The position numbers and the translations under genes are program-made. 64,000 bases of DNA, taken from an uncultured delta proteobacterium. GTDB lineage: Bacteria > Desulfobacterota > WTBG01 > CAIYCZ01 > CAIRTM01. The notes beneath the pieces were generated by a model. The model saw only the letters and a list, made by a program, of their open reading frames with translations. It was not told the DNA's origin and did no database searches. This document shows positions 34,201 through 43,412 of this stretch, piece after piece. How positions within the stretch are numbered: position 1 is the first letter of the stretch; each line of letters opens with the position of its first letter. The DNA is taken from contig CAWDSQ010000013.1 of assembly GCA_963804955.1 (NCBI GenBank), forward strand, positions 83,692-147,691, written 5' to 3'.

Positions 34201-34684
34201 AATCAGGGTGGCAAGCACCACTGGCTCAGGGACAACCTTTGAAATACTCATTCCTGAAACAAGCAAAGCCGCCAGCTCAAACCAGCAGGCTATCAAACTT
34301 CCGACGTCCGGCACCGGGCGTATACTGTTTGTCGATGATGAAAAGATTCTTGCGGAAATGGGGCAGCGCATGCTTGTGTCCCTGGGCTATGACGCAGTTG
34401 CCGTTGAGGACAGCCGTGAGGCTTTCGCCATGTTCAAAAGCGCCCCATACTCTTTTGATCTCATCATTACGGACCAGACCATGCCGCATCTGACCGGCTA
34501 TGAGCTTGCCCGGCAGGTGCTTGCACTCAGGCCTGATATGCCCATCATCCTGAGCACAGGCTACAGCGAAACAGTAACAGAAAATACGGCGGCAGCGGCA
34601 GGCATATGTGCGCTCCTGATGAAACCATTGAGGAGACATGAACTTTCCGAAACCATCCATCGCATATTGAATAGCCAGGCATGA
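31255..34684 (+). CDS. Hybrid sensor histidine kinase (periplasmic binding-protein-like sensor, 3 PAS, HisKA, HATPase, REC), frameshift near 31855
   Basis: VLLINSYH...WSD, PVVFCGIN, TM helix, PAS repeats, GGIAHDFNN, NLCTNA, GTGMGL, ITDQTMP. Confidence 0.9.
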
Positions 34685-34702
34685 ATAAAAATTCAAAGCT
34701 GT

Positions 34703-35559
34703 TCATAGCGCCACATCTTTAATCGCATCCTCAATCCGTTCAAACCGAAACGAAAAACCGGCATCAAGAAGGCGTTTGGGCAAAACGCTCTGGCCATCGA
34801 GCAGTACCGTTGCCCCTTCTCCGAAAAGCAGCTTCAGTGCGAAAGCAGGCACAGGCAGTATAGCCGGCCGCCTGAGCGCGCGGGCAAGAGCTGTGGTCAG
34901 GCCCCTGTTGGTTGTCGGATAGGGCGAGTAAGGTTGTAAGACCCGCGAAAGCTGTCGTCCTGCAGCGCCCTGCAGTGAGCCTGTGCAAGATCAGCCGCAT
35001 GCACCCATGAAAACGCCTGCCCGCCGCTGCCGATTACACCACCCAGACCCATCCTGAAAACCGGCAGCATTTTAGCAAGCGCGCCCCCGCCACGGCCCAG
35101 CACCACGCCGAACCTGAAAACTACTGTGCGCACACCGCAAGCTTCGGCCTTCAATGCCGCCAGCTCCCAGCTTTGTGCAAGATGGCCGAGAAAGCCATCA
35201 GCCCTCACCGTATCGTTCTCTGTCCAGGGACCTCCGGCAGGATACATGCCGACGCCACAGGCGGATATGAACACTTTGGGTCTGCGCTCAAGACTGCTCA
35301 TGCTCCGCACGATCATGTCCGTGACAGGTACCCGGCTGTTATACAGTTCTGTTTTATATGCTTCCGTCCACCGCGCGGCAATCGGCGCTCCTGCAAGGTT
35401 TATAACTGCGTCAGCCTGCGAAAGCTTGTCGCGCAGAGCAATGCCCTCCCGGGCGAAATCCTGGCGTGTCAAAGGAACTGTTTCCCAGCCTTGTTCCGCG
35501 AAAGTCTGCTGTAAATAAGAACCAATAAATCCCGTAGAACCACTCATGGCGATACGCAT
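34703..35559 (-). CDS. TIGR01777-family NAD-dependent epimerase (frameshift near C-terminus)
   Basis: GSTGFIG, VINLAGAPI..RWT, RFGVVLG, GLGG..GSGGQ..SWVH. Confidence 0.88.
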
Positions 35560-35670
35560 AAACAGCCTCCTTCTACGTGAAGTATCGACAGAACCATTAC
35601 TTGACTTGAACTTGGATATATGAAAAATTAAGTCATTAATCAATATCGAGTACACTGGAAAAAATATCAC

Positions 35671-36681
35671 TTGAAACTGCATAACAAAATTCTTCTTGAA
35701 CACGATGGCGGGGCCTGTTACGGACGAGCTGATCAAAAAGAAATTTCTAACGCGGCCGGGCAATTCTCAACAAGGGCAACTCCCGGCAGCGCACTTGGTA
35801 CTGTTGGCGATCAAAGGCTCTGTTTCACTACCGATTGCTATGTGGTAAGCCCTCTCATCTTTCCGGGAGGCGATATCGGATCCCTTGCTGTTCACGGAAC
35901 GGTCAATGACCTTGCGGTCTGCGGCGCCAGGCCTCTGTTCTTAAGCGCCGGCTTCATCATTGAGGAGGGCTTTGCAAGGTCACAGCTTGAACAGATCGTT
36001 GACTCTATGGCCGCAGCTGCTGCCGGGGCCGGGGTGCAGGTCGTCACGGGCGATACCAAGGTTGTGCCGCGCGGCGCTGCAGACGGGCTGTATATAACCA
36101 CAGCAGGCATCGGCGAGTACAGCTACAGTTCAGCACTGTCTCCCGCAAGCATCCGTCCCGGCGATGCTGTTATCGTAAACGGCCCTGTGGGCGATCATGG
36201 CGCAGCCATACTGTGCGCCCGTCAGGATATGGGGTTTTCCTCAAAGCTGATTTCCGATTCCGCGCCCCTGGGCAGCCTTGCGCATGATATTTTGCAGGCA
36301 AGCCCGCACATCCACTGCATGCGTGATGCAACACGGGGGGGGATTGGTGCTGTGCTTGCTGAAATAGCACAGCAGTCGGGCCGCGACATAGCCGTGAAGG
36401 AGTGCAGCATACCGCTGAGGGAAAGCGTACGGGGGGTCTGCGAAATGCTGGGGCTTGACCCGCTGTACCTCGCAAATGAAGGCAAACTGGTTGTCTTCTG
36501 CGGAGCCGGCGATGCCCCCGCAGTGCTTGCCGCCATGCAGGCCCATGAGCACGGCCGTGATGCGGCTCGTATCGGCACTGTTCAGGAATCCGGCCGCGGG
36601 CGGGTCGTGCTCACTACCCTGATCGGCGGGCAGCGGGTTATTGATCGCCCTGCAGGAGAGCTGGTGCCGAGAATCTGCTGA
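35671..36681 (+). CDS. hypE: Hydrogenase maturation carbamoyl dehydratase HypE (N-terminus scrambled)
   Basis: FTTD.YVV.P..FPGGDIG.LAVHGTVNDLA, GDTKVV, MRDATRGG, ANEG, C-terminal PRIC. Confidence 0.93.
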   Translation: MKLHNKILLEHDGGACYGRADQKEISNAAGQFSTRATPGSALGTVGDQRLCFTTDCYVVSPLIFPGGDIGSLAVHGTVNDLAVCGARPLFLSAGFIIEEGFARSQLEQIVDSMAAAAAGAGVQVVTGDTKVVPRGAADGLYITTAGIGEYSYSSALSPASIRPGDAVIVNGPVGDHGAAILCARQDMGFSSKLISDSAPLGSLAHDILQASPHIHCMRDATRGGIGAVLAEIAQQSGRDIAVKECSIPLRESVRGVCEMLGLDPLYLANEGKLVVFCGAGDAPAVLAAMQAHEHGRDAARIGTVQESGRGRVVLTTLIGGQRVIDRPAGELVPRIC

Positions 36682-36748
36682 AAGCAGCCGTTCTTACAGG
36701 CCCATACCCGTACGCAGGCAGACCCTGAGGTCGCTTCTGATGCAGCCG

Positions 36749-37363
36749 CTACGCAACAGATGCAAGCTTTTTGCCCATAGCAAAAACATCCTGAAGCACG
36801 GAGAGCTTTTTAACAATATCGCCCCGGCTGCGCACATCAGTTACCTGCAGCCTGCCGACGATGTCCATCATATAGGTTTTGGCCACATTGTGCTCGAATA
36901 TATCAAGGGCCAGCTTTCCAACGGCAGGCTCTTTCAAATCCTGTACAAGGGCAATGACTGCTTTTTTGCCTTTGGCAGGGTTATTGAGAAAACGGAAGGC
37001 CCCGGGTGTGCCCGGCTCGCCGTCACCTGCTTCTACATGCCAGAACGGCAGCAGCCGCTCAAAAAAGCGCGCCATAATGGCGCTGTAGCATGAGCAATAC
37101 AGGGGCGAGGCGAAAATAAACAGATCGCCTGATGCGATTTCATCCATGAGCATGTCCATATCATCACGAAACACCGCGCACCGGCAGCCGGGCTGGAACA
37201 TGCAGTTGGTATAGCAGCCGCGGCATTGATTGATGGCAAGATCGGCAAGAAAAAATTTTTTCGTCTCTGCCTGCGATGCTGCAGCCCCTTCAAGAAACCG
37301 GTCGACCAGAATATCGGAATTGCCCTGCTTGCGCGGGCTCCCGACAAATCCGCATACTTTCAT
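36749..37363 (-). CDS. Iron-sulfur flavoprotein / NADPH-dependent FMN reductase family
   Basis: GSPRKQGNS, CRGC...C...C, DDM, ASPLY. Confidence 0.85.
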   Translation of the reverse strand: MKVCGFVGSPRKQGNSDILVDRFLEGAAASQAETKKFFLADLAINQCRGCYTNCMFQPGCRCAVFRDDMDMLMDEIASGDLFIFASPLYCSCYSAIMARFFERLLPFWHVEAGDGEPGTPGAFRFLNNPAKGKKAVIALVQDLKEPAVGKLALDIFEHNVAKTYMMDIVGRLQVTDVRSRGDIVKKLSVLQDVFAMGKKLASVA

Positions 37364-37424
37364 ACGCCACTCCCTGTGTTAAAATGGAACTGACAAAGCT
37401 CAACTGTGACTGGCGTTTTAACGC

Positions 37425-37640
37425 ACGAATCATGGAAGGGAGTCCGTTAGTACTCGCATCAATCTTAATTAGTGAACTCCCGGTTCCATCCTGTGCAGCG
37501 GGCACTAAGCGTCGCAAGGGCAATGCGACAAAGTGTACAAACTGTGCCGTATAACGGTTTAGTTCAAAAAACTGGTTTTATGAGCACGTAGCCCGACGCA
37601 AGCGGCGTGCCACTGAGCAGGCTGTCACCAGCTTAAAAAG
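37425..37640 (+). ncRNA. ORF-less structured element resembling an IS110-family non-coding end (bridge/seek-RNA-like)
   Basis: Stems atggaa-gggagt/actccc-gg-ttccat, ggcac[loop]gtcgca/tgcgac[loop]gtgcc, gcacg/cgtgc, gctg/cagc. Family assignment is from recollection only. Confidence 0.45.
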
Positions 37641-37703
37641 TCAGTAACGTTGAGTAATAAGATGTTTAAGCGTATTAAAATCCATGTGCCGCTGTCAATC
37701 ACC

Positions 37704-37738
37704 AAAAAAGCCCGCCCCTCTTTAGAGGGCGGGCTCTT
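37704..37738 (-). terminator. Intrinsic terminator after the Spy/CpxP-like gene
   Basis: aaaaaagcccgcccctctttagagggcgggct. Confidence 0.8.
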
Positions 37739-37778
37739 GCCGCATCAACTTTTCCCGGCATGCTCTCATCAGCCGGTA

Positions 37779-38312
37779 TTACCAGCCGCCGGGTCCCTGC
37801 CCTCTGCCACGTCCGTCGCCTGGGCCTCTGCCCCCGCCAGGCCCAAAACCGCAACCCTGGCCGCCGCCGGGCCCAATGCCCATATTGCAACCGGGAGGAA
37901 GCTGGGCAATCTGCTCGGGCGTCAGAATCTTGCGGGATTCAAGCTGCGCCTGCAGCCGTTTCTGGGCAAACTGGGCCCGCAGACTTGAAATTTCATCCTG
38001 AATCTTTTTTGCCTTTTCACCGTCAATGGCGGTCTCAAGCATCACGGCATCCATTTCCTGCTCTTTCTTGAAAATATCCGACCGAAGACCGGTCGTATCC
38101 TTAAAAAAAGCATTGCGCAGGGCCTGGATTTTAGCCGACTGCTCCTGGGTAAGATCAAGATTCAGAGGACAGCCCGGATACAGTCCGTTTTCATCAGGCC
38201 CGCCCCGCCTGCCTTTGCCCTGCCCCGGCTGGGCCTGTGCCGCTTCAAAAGCAGGCAGGGCAGCCAGCAAAAGGGCCATACACATAATCGCTACTGTTGT
38301 TCGTTTCACCAT
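37779..38312 (-). CDS. Spy/CpxP/ZraP-like periplasmic chaperone
   Basis: Signal peptide, LDLTQEQ and ILTPEQ (LTxxQ) motifs, Gly-rich tail. Confidence 0.85.
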   Translation of the reverse strand: MVKRTTVAIMCMALLLAALPAFEAAQAQPGQGKGRRGGPDENGLYPGCPLNLDLTQEQSAKIQALRNAFFKDTTGLRSDIFKKEQEMDAVMLETAIDGEKAKKIQDEISSLRAQFAQKRLQAQLESRKILTPEQIAQLPPGCNMGIGPGGGQGCGFGPGGGRGPGDGRGRGQGPGGW

Positions 38313-38388
38313 AATTTTTTCCTTTCCTCGGTAGGGTTTGTTTGTCGCCTTCATTAACTGAAACACCCCCTGTCATAAAAACCTGCGC

Positions 38389-38895
38389 TCAGGGGCGTGA
38401 AAAATCTTTCGACCGATGGCGGCCGCGGCCCTCCCGGCCCGATCCCATGCCAGGGCCATCGCCCCTGCGGCAGAAAAAACCGCGCTCCAGGTCGGCAAGA
38501 AAGGCCTGACGCTTTTCCGGTGGCAGCGACTGCACATCCTGGAGCATTTGCTCGACAACCATTTTCTCCATATCAGCCTGCATGGCGTTTATGACGGTAA
38601 TCTGCTCGCCGATCCGCCGGCGATCCGGTGCGGGGGCTGCCAGCAGCTGCAGAAGCTCAGAGCGGGCATCGTTTATCTTCAGCCGCCCGGCCCTCATCTT
38701 GTCCTTCATGCGGTCATGAGCGGCAAGGTTCTCCGGCGGCAGGGCGTTCATGAAAGACGGCCTGCCATGGGGCGGCCCGCCGAAAAACTGATCAAGGGGC
38801 CTGCCCCACAGAAAGCGGTAGGCAATGGCCCCTGCGATCATGCAGTTGAACCCGAGAGATATGATTATTAATGCTTTCCACCATGACGAACTCAT
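38389..38895 (-). CDS. Periplasmic heavy-metal sensor (Metal_resist family)
   Basis: N-terminal TM ISLGFN, coiled coil, LPPEKRQAF. Confidence 0.75.
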   Translation of the reverse strand: MSSSWWKALIIISLGFNCMIAGAIAYRFLWGRPLDQFFGGPPHGRPSFMNALPPENLAAHDRMKDKMRAGRLKINDARSELLQLLAAPAPDRRRIGEQITVINAMQADMEKMVVEQMLQDVQSLPPEKRQAFLADLERGFFCRRGDGPGMGSGREGRGRHRSKDFSRP

Positions 38896-39368
38896 AAGGC
38901 TTTCTCCTGGCTGTTTTGACCCGCGCTTTGCAGGTACATATCGAAAAAAGAGGCCGGGGGCGCATCCGACAGGATCTCGGCATAGGCCGAGTCGTCATCA
39001 GCCTGCGCCTGGCCGTTATCAGGGTAATACGCAGATGATAGCAGCGCTCCTGAAATAAACCCCGCAAGCATGATTGCGGCAGCAGCGCCGGCAAAAGACG
39101 GTTTGAATGCTGCAAGCCAGGCCCTGAGGGTTCCGCAGCGCTTCCGCTCATAGTCGTCAATGCGTTGCAGCACCTCCGGCGCCATGCTTGCGGCTGCATC
39201 AGGAGCAGGCAGCCTGTCAAGGGCAGCCCATATTTTTCGAAGGTCTGCCAATTCCTCCCGGCAGGCGGCGCATGCCCGCACATGGTCATCAATGTGGCTG
39301 GCATCCGCAACCGAAAGCAGCCCCTGTACATACTGCGGTAGTTTTATGTATATGCTCCTGCATCCCAT
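38892..39368 (-). CDS. ZAS (zf-HC2) anti-sigma factor
   Basis: HVRACAAC motif and one TM helix, downstream of an ECF sigma. Confidence 0.85.
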   Translation of the reverse strand: MGCRSIYIKLPQYVQGLLSVADASHIDDHVRACAACREELADLRKIWAALDRLPAPDAAASMAPEVLQRIDDYERKRCGTLRAWLAAFKPSFAGAAAAIMLAGFISGALLSSAYYPDNGQAQADDDSAYAEILSDAPPASFFDMYLQSAGQNSQEKAL

Positions 39369-39379
39369 AGCATTCCCCT

Positions 39380-39961
39380 TTATACACTGTCGGAAAGTTG
39401 CTTTTTCAATGTTTCAAGCCCCCTGTGCACCAATGCCTCGAGGGCAGACACCGAGCAGTCCAGCGCAGTGGCAGCGTCCCGGTAGCTCAGTTCCTCGAAC
39501 CGCAGAAGCAGTATGGCCATACGCTGCCGCTCGGGAAGGCTGTCTACGGCGCTCCTGACCTGCGCGGCCTGCTCTTTTTTTTCAAGACCGGCAAGCTGGC
39601 TATCCCTGCCGCAATCATCAGCCAGCGCATGCCCGGCTTCATCAATTGGCTGATTGTGCTGCTGAAGGGGGTCCCGCCTGCTGTCGCGAATATAATTAAG
39701 GCAATGGTTTGCCGTTATGCGATACAGCCATGTTGTGAACTTCGCCTGCGGGCTGTAAGAGGCTGCTGAGGTATACACTTTAAAAAAAACATCCTGAACA
39801 AGCTCGCAGGCCGCGTCATCGCTGCCGGTAAAACGGAAGGCAAGACGCCGCACCCGGGCCTCATGCCTGCGCATAAGCTCACGCAAAGATCCCGTGTTCT
39901 TTCCGGCCACGGCTTTCATAAGCTTTTCGTCCGTCTCTTCGTACAGCAATTCATTTCTCAT
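39380..39961 (-). CDS. ECF RNA polymerase sigma factor
   Basis: ELVQDVF, FTTWLYRITAN, LPERQR, LSYRDAA. Confidence 0.92.
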   Translation of the reverse strand: MRNELLYEETDEKLMKAVAGKNTGSLRELMRRHEARVRRLAFRFTGSDDAACELVQDVFFKVYTSAASYSPQAKFTTWLYRITANHCLNYIRDSRRDPLQQHNQPIDEAGHALADDCGRDSQLAGLEKKEQAAQVRSAVDSLPERQRMAILLLRFEELSYRDAATALDCSVSALEALVHRGLETLKKQLSDSV

Positions 39962-40131
39962 GCTGGGTATTTTTCAGTCTTCTCAACAGTTTAAACACTT
40001 CTTTTTTTAATTTTATACTGGGGGCCTTCTCTTTTAATAAAAAAACCCGCTTCTGCCGAAAAGAATCCAGACGCCGGCCGAGAAGCTCCCTGAAGCCTTT
40101 ATGGCGTACTTGTTTCTTCCAGCAGTAAAAG

Positions 40132-40245
40132 TCAAAACACTACCCGCATAGCGGGGCTTGATTTCGGCCTGAAAGGGCGCAGGCAAAAACATGCAGTTTT
40201 TGTGTTGCATTCTTCAGGAACCATCGCCATAGCCGAAGGTTTTCT
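40132..40245. mobile_element. IS200/IS605-derived non-autonomous element, copy 1
   Basis: cccgcatagcggg, gcctgaaagggc and accatcgccatagccgaaggt hairpins. Homologous to 57320-57430. Confidence 0.65.
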
Positions 40246-40312
40246 GAAGGCACTACAGTTGGTTATCTCCAAAGCTGGCACTGCCTGCAGAAGCGGAATT
40301 CATACACCAGCT

Positions 40313-40393
40313 GCATTCCCGCCTGCGCTGAAATGACCTGTTTTTTAAGCCTGTTACGTTTCAAACGGTCATCCACGCGAAAACGGGGATCAA
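40313..40393. repeat. Two degenerate GTCATTCCCGCG(A/C)AGGCGGGAATCCA-type REP palindromes, back to back
   Basis: gctgcattcccgcctgcgctgaaatgac and gtcatccacgcgaaaacggggatc. Confidence 0.55.
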
Positions 40394-40479
40394 AAAAAAC
40401 AGGGTTGAAGTTCAGCTCTGGATATAACCGCATTATTTCAGTATGACACAATACCTTTAGCCGGAGAGGCAAAAATCCT

Positions 40480-41248
40480 TCATTCCTCAGGCGGCAGTTC
40501 GTCGTCATCATCGCAGCAGGCGAAGCTTTGCGCCTGCAGAATCTGCCGCGCAATTTCACGCAGCGCAGGATGCAGGTCAAGAGACTGGGCTACAAACAGC
40601 ACGTCCTGAGCCATTAAAAAATGAATGATTTTGAGCCCGATATCGGTTGGCGTATAGGGGTTAAACACAAGCGATTTTTTAACGCTGTAGCGGGCAAACC
40701 ATTTTCTGCAGCTGAACACCTCGCGCTGTACGTCAGCGCTTGCCGGCCTGCGAGAGCACAGCTTCAGCACATCTGATTCCGTAAGGGTCGGGTTCTGCAG
40801 AAGCGTGCGAATGACCCGCGGATCGGTATCGGCAAGCATGCGCGCCAGCTCAGTGCGGTTGAGCGTCTTTGCCCGCGACACGCGAACGCCTGCCGGCAGA
40901 TCTTCCTGCATATGCGCTTCCTGATCTGAGGTCCTGCTGGCCTCAGGGCGCGAAAGCAGGCTTGCAAGCTCGTCAAAACCCTGCTCTCTGGCTGCGGTAT
41001 ACACATCGCTCATAAAGGGGTTGCCCATGCGCTGCGTGAGAAATGGTACGCTGAGCGCATCAAGGGCCAGGCAATACGGGCCCTTGCGCCTGGAAGCTCC
41101 GATAATGATAAGCTGCAGTAGTTCCGCCGCCTGCGGAGCAGGAAGGCCCTGCACCTTTTCGGCAAGTATATGCGAGCGCATGGCAGCGTCCGGCACAGCG
41201 CACAGGGTAGCAATAATCTGTTTCAGCAGGGGAGTTTTCCTGAGCCAT
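40480..41248 (-). CDS. Hypothetical protein with short helical repeats (frameshift near start)
   Basis: DTDPRVIRTLLQNP, YSVKKSLVFNPYTP; coherent 238-aa ORF. Confidence 0.7.
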
Positions 41249-41326
41249 CTGCAGAGGCCGATCTTTAAATGGAGCAGTAAAAATATAATTTTACAACAAT
41301 ACCTGTGGGTATTTCTACTAGTCTAT

Positions 41327-41611
41327 TTAGTGCCTGAACGAAAAGTCATTTTTTTGCAGGTTGTCGATTTTGCTGTGGCCGTAGGGGTGGGTTGCGTCGG
41401 CCGGACGGTCTGATACGGAAACGGAAAACCAGGTCATGGCCGCGGCCATGAGATCAAGTCCGGAATGGGCCGCTTCCGACAGTATGCCCAGGCTGCCTGT
41501 CCAGAGCCCTACTGCAAGCTTCATACCCGTGAGCAGCAGAGCGGCAAACACAGAAGCCCGCGCAATGCTGATCTTTTCTTTAAAATGCGCCTGAGCTGTA
41601 GCTGCATCCAT
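41327..41611 (-). pseudogene. Truncated cation diffusion facilitator (FieF-like), N-terminal third only
   Basis: KLAVGLWTGSLGILSEAAHSGLD, RPADATHPYGHSK, then abrupt loss of similarity. Confidence 0.8.
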
Positions 41612-41683
41612 GAGTATGGTTCACGTGCAAAGAGGTGAAATCGCAAACGGGGATACCTGCCTCATACAAGCGCGCCCGGCCGG

Positions 41684-43160
41684 TCAGCGGCTTCTGCCAT
41701 TCTTTTTGCCGGCCACCTCCTGGCGCAGCCGTTCGACTTCTGCCTCAAGCAGGGCATTTTTCTGGCGCAGGCGGCTGTAATCCTGACGCAAGACGCCCCT
41801 TGACATCATCAAAGTACGTGCAGCGGTTGCGGCCGTCTTCCTTGCTGACATACAGGGCCTGGTCAGCCCGGTCGATAGCGTCCATCACGGCATTCATGCT
41901 GGTTTCAAACTCGGCGATGCCGGCTGAAATCGTTATGTGATGCTCCAGGTCCGCAATCGTGAAGGGCGTCGTTTCAATCCGTTTGCGCAGGTTCTCCATG
42001 GAGTCTATAACGTCCTGCTTTTCATGACCGTAAAAAACCGCGCAGAACTCCTCGCCGCCGTAGCGGTAGGCATACGGAACGCCGTCGCGGATAAGCAGGG
42101 CAGCCTGCTTGAGCACCTCGTCGCCAGCGGGATGCCCGTGGGTGTCATTGAATATTTTGAATTTGTCGATATCGATCATCGCCACAAACAGCTTTTTCTG
42201 CCCTGTTTTAAACTGTTTGAAAAGGCGGCCCATCTGCTCATTAAGCTTGCGCTTGTTGTAGAGCTGCGTGAGGTCGTCGGTATAGACCTTCATGGCATGA
42301 AGCCGGTTGTGATTTGCCTCGATGATGCGGGCGGCCACCGGCGTGATGAAGGCAACATCCTGTATCCAGCGCTCCCTGTCGAAATCATCCTTTATCTGGC
42401 GGCATATGCGGTAGTGGCCGATCTGCCTGCCCTCAACCATAAGCGGCATTTCATAGATTGTTTCCTGAACCTCCTGAAATGTCGGCGAATTGACTGCTTC
42501 GGGAAGATCGGGGGCGTCTTCCTGCTGCTTGTTATAGGTAAAAACCTTGCCGTCGGTTTTAAGCTCATTGGTCAGAAACCGGTCATCGTCAAAAAGAAAG
42601 ACGTCGAACTGCTTGGCGCCGAGAAAGCCTATAATCCTGCGGATTCCATCCTCGAAAGGCTCAAGCATAATATCCACGAGCATCTGGCTGCGCAGCATCC
42701 GCTGCTCGTACATCTCCACTTCCTGCACATGGGCTATCTGCGACTCGACCATCTCCTGCTGTACATGCTGCAGACGGCAGACCTCGTACAGTGTCTCCTC
42801 CGCCTCTTTGAGGGCATGCCGGTAGAGCTCGAGAAAAATAGCCAGCTTTTTATATACCTGCTGAATCCGATCGCGGTTTTTAAAGACAAGGGCGCCAAGT
42901 TTGCCGGGATCAAGCAGCTCGATGATCTCTTCTCCGAGCATCTCCCTGATACGGGGAAAATATTTCTGCGGTATGGAACGCATACAGTCGAGGGAGACCT
43001 TATCTTCAATTTTGCGCAAATGAGCCTGAAAGCCGCTGGCGATGGCAGGGTCCGGCTTCATCGAGGCAGACCTTTGCTCGATCTCCTTGAGTATACCCTC
43101 GACTATTGACCGGGCAGTGTCCTTTTTTCTATTCATGATCTGCGGCATATGCCTCTGCAC
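41684..43160 (-). CDS. Diguanylate cyclase (GGEEF) with N-terminal coiled-coil/GAF-like region, frameshift near C-terminus
   Basis: TDDLTQLYNKR, DIDKFKIFNDTHGH..GD, RYGGEEF, ADQALY. Confidence 0.9.
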
Positions 43161-43316
43161 AGGCTGTTATATGTGGTGTAAACACACGAATTGAATCACG
43201 CCCCCATGTAGTGCGTCCCCTGTATAACCTAACAAGATATCCCGGCATTGTAAAGAAAGAGTTTTTTATTCATGACTCGCAGACCTGCCCGCAGGCGCCG
43301 CTTTCGATAAAAAAGC

Positions 43317-43345
43317 TTGAAAGGCGCCTTTGAAAAGTATAAAAA
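43317..43345 (+). promoter_or_regulatory. Sigma70-like promoter
   Basis: TTGAAA followed by a canonical-length spacer and TATAAA upstream of 43413. Confidence 0.55.
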
Positions 43346-43412
43346 TTGAAAGCGGCTCGACAGGAAGCAGCACAAGCCCTTTCATCCATCATAAACAGAG
43401 GATACATAGCTT

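Noticed and set aside
37425..37640. Retron msr-msd
   Set aside because: There is no adjacent reverse transcriptase and no long a1/a2 terminal inverted repeat.
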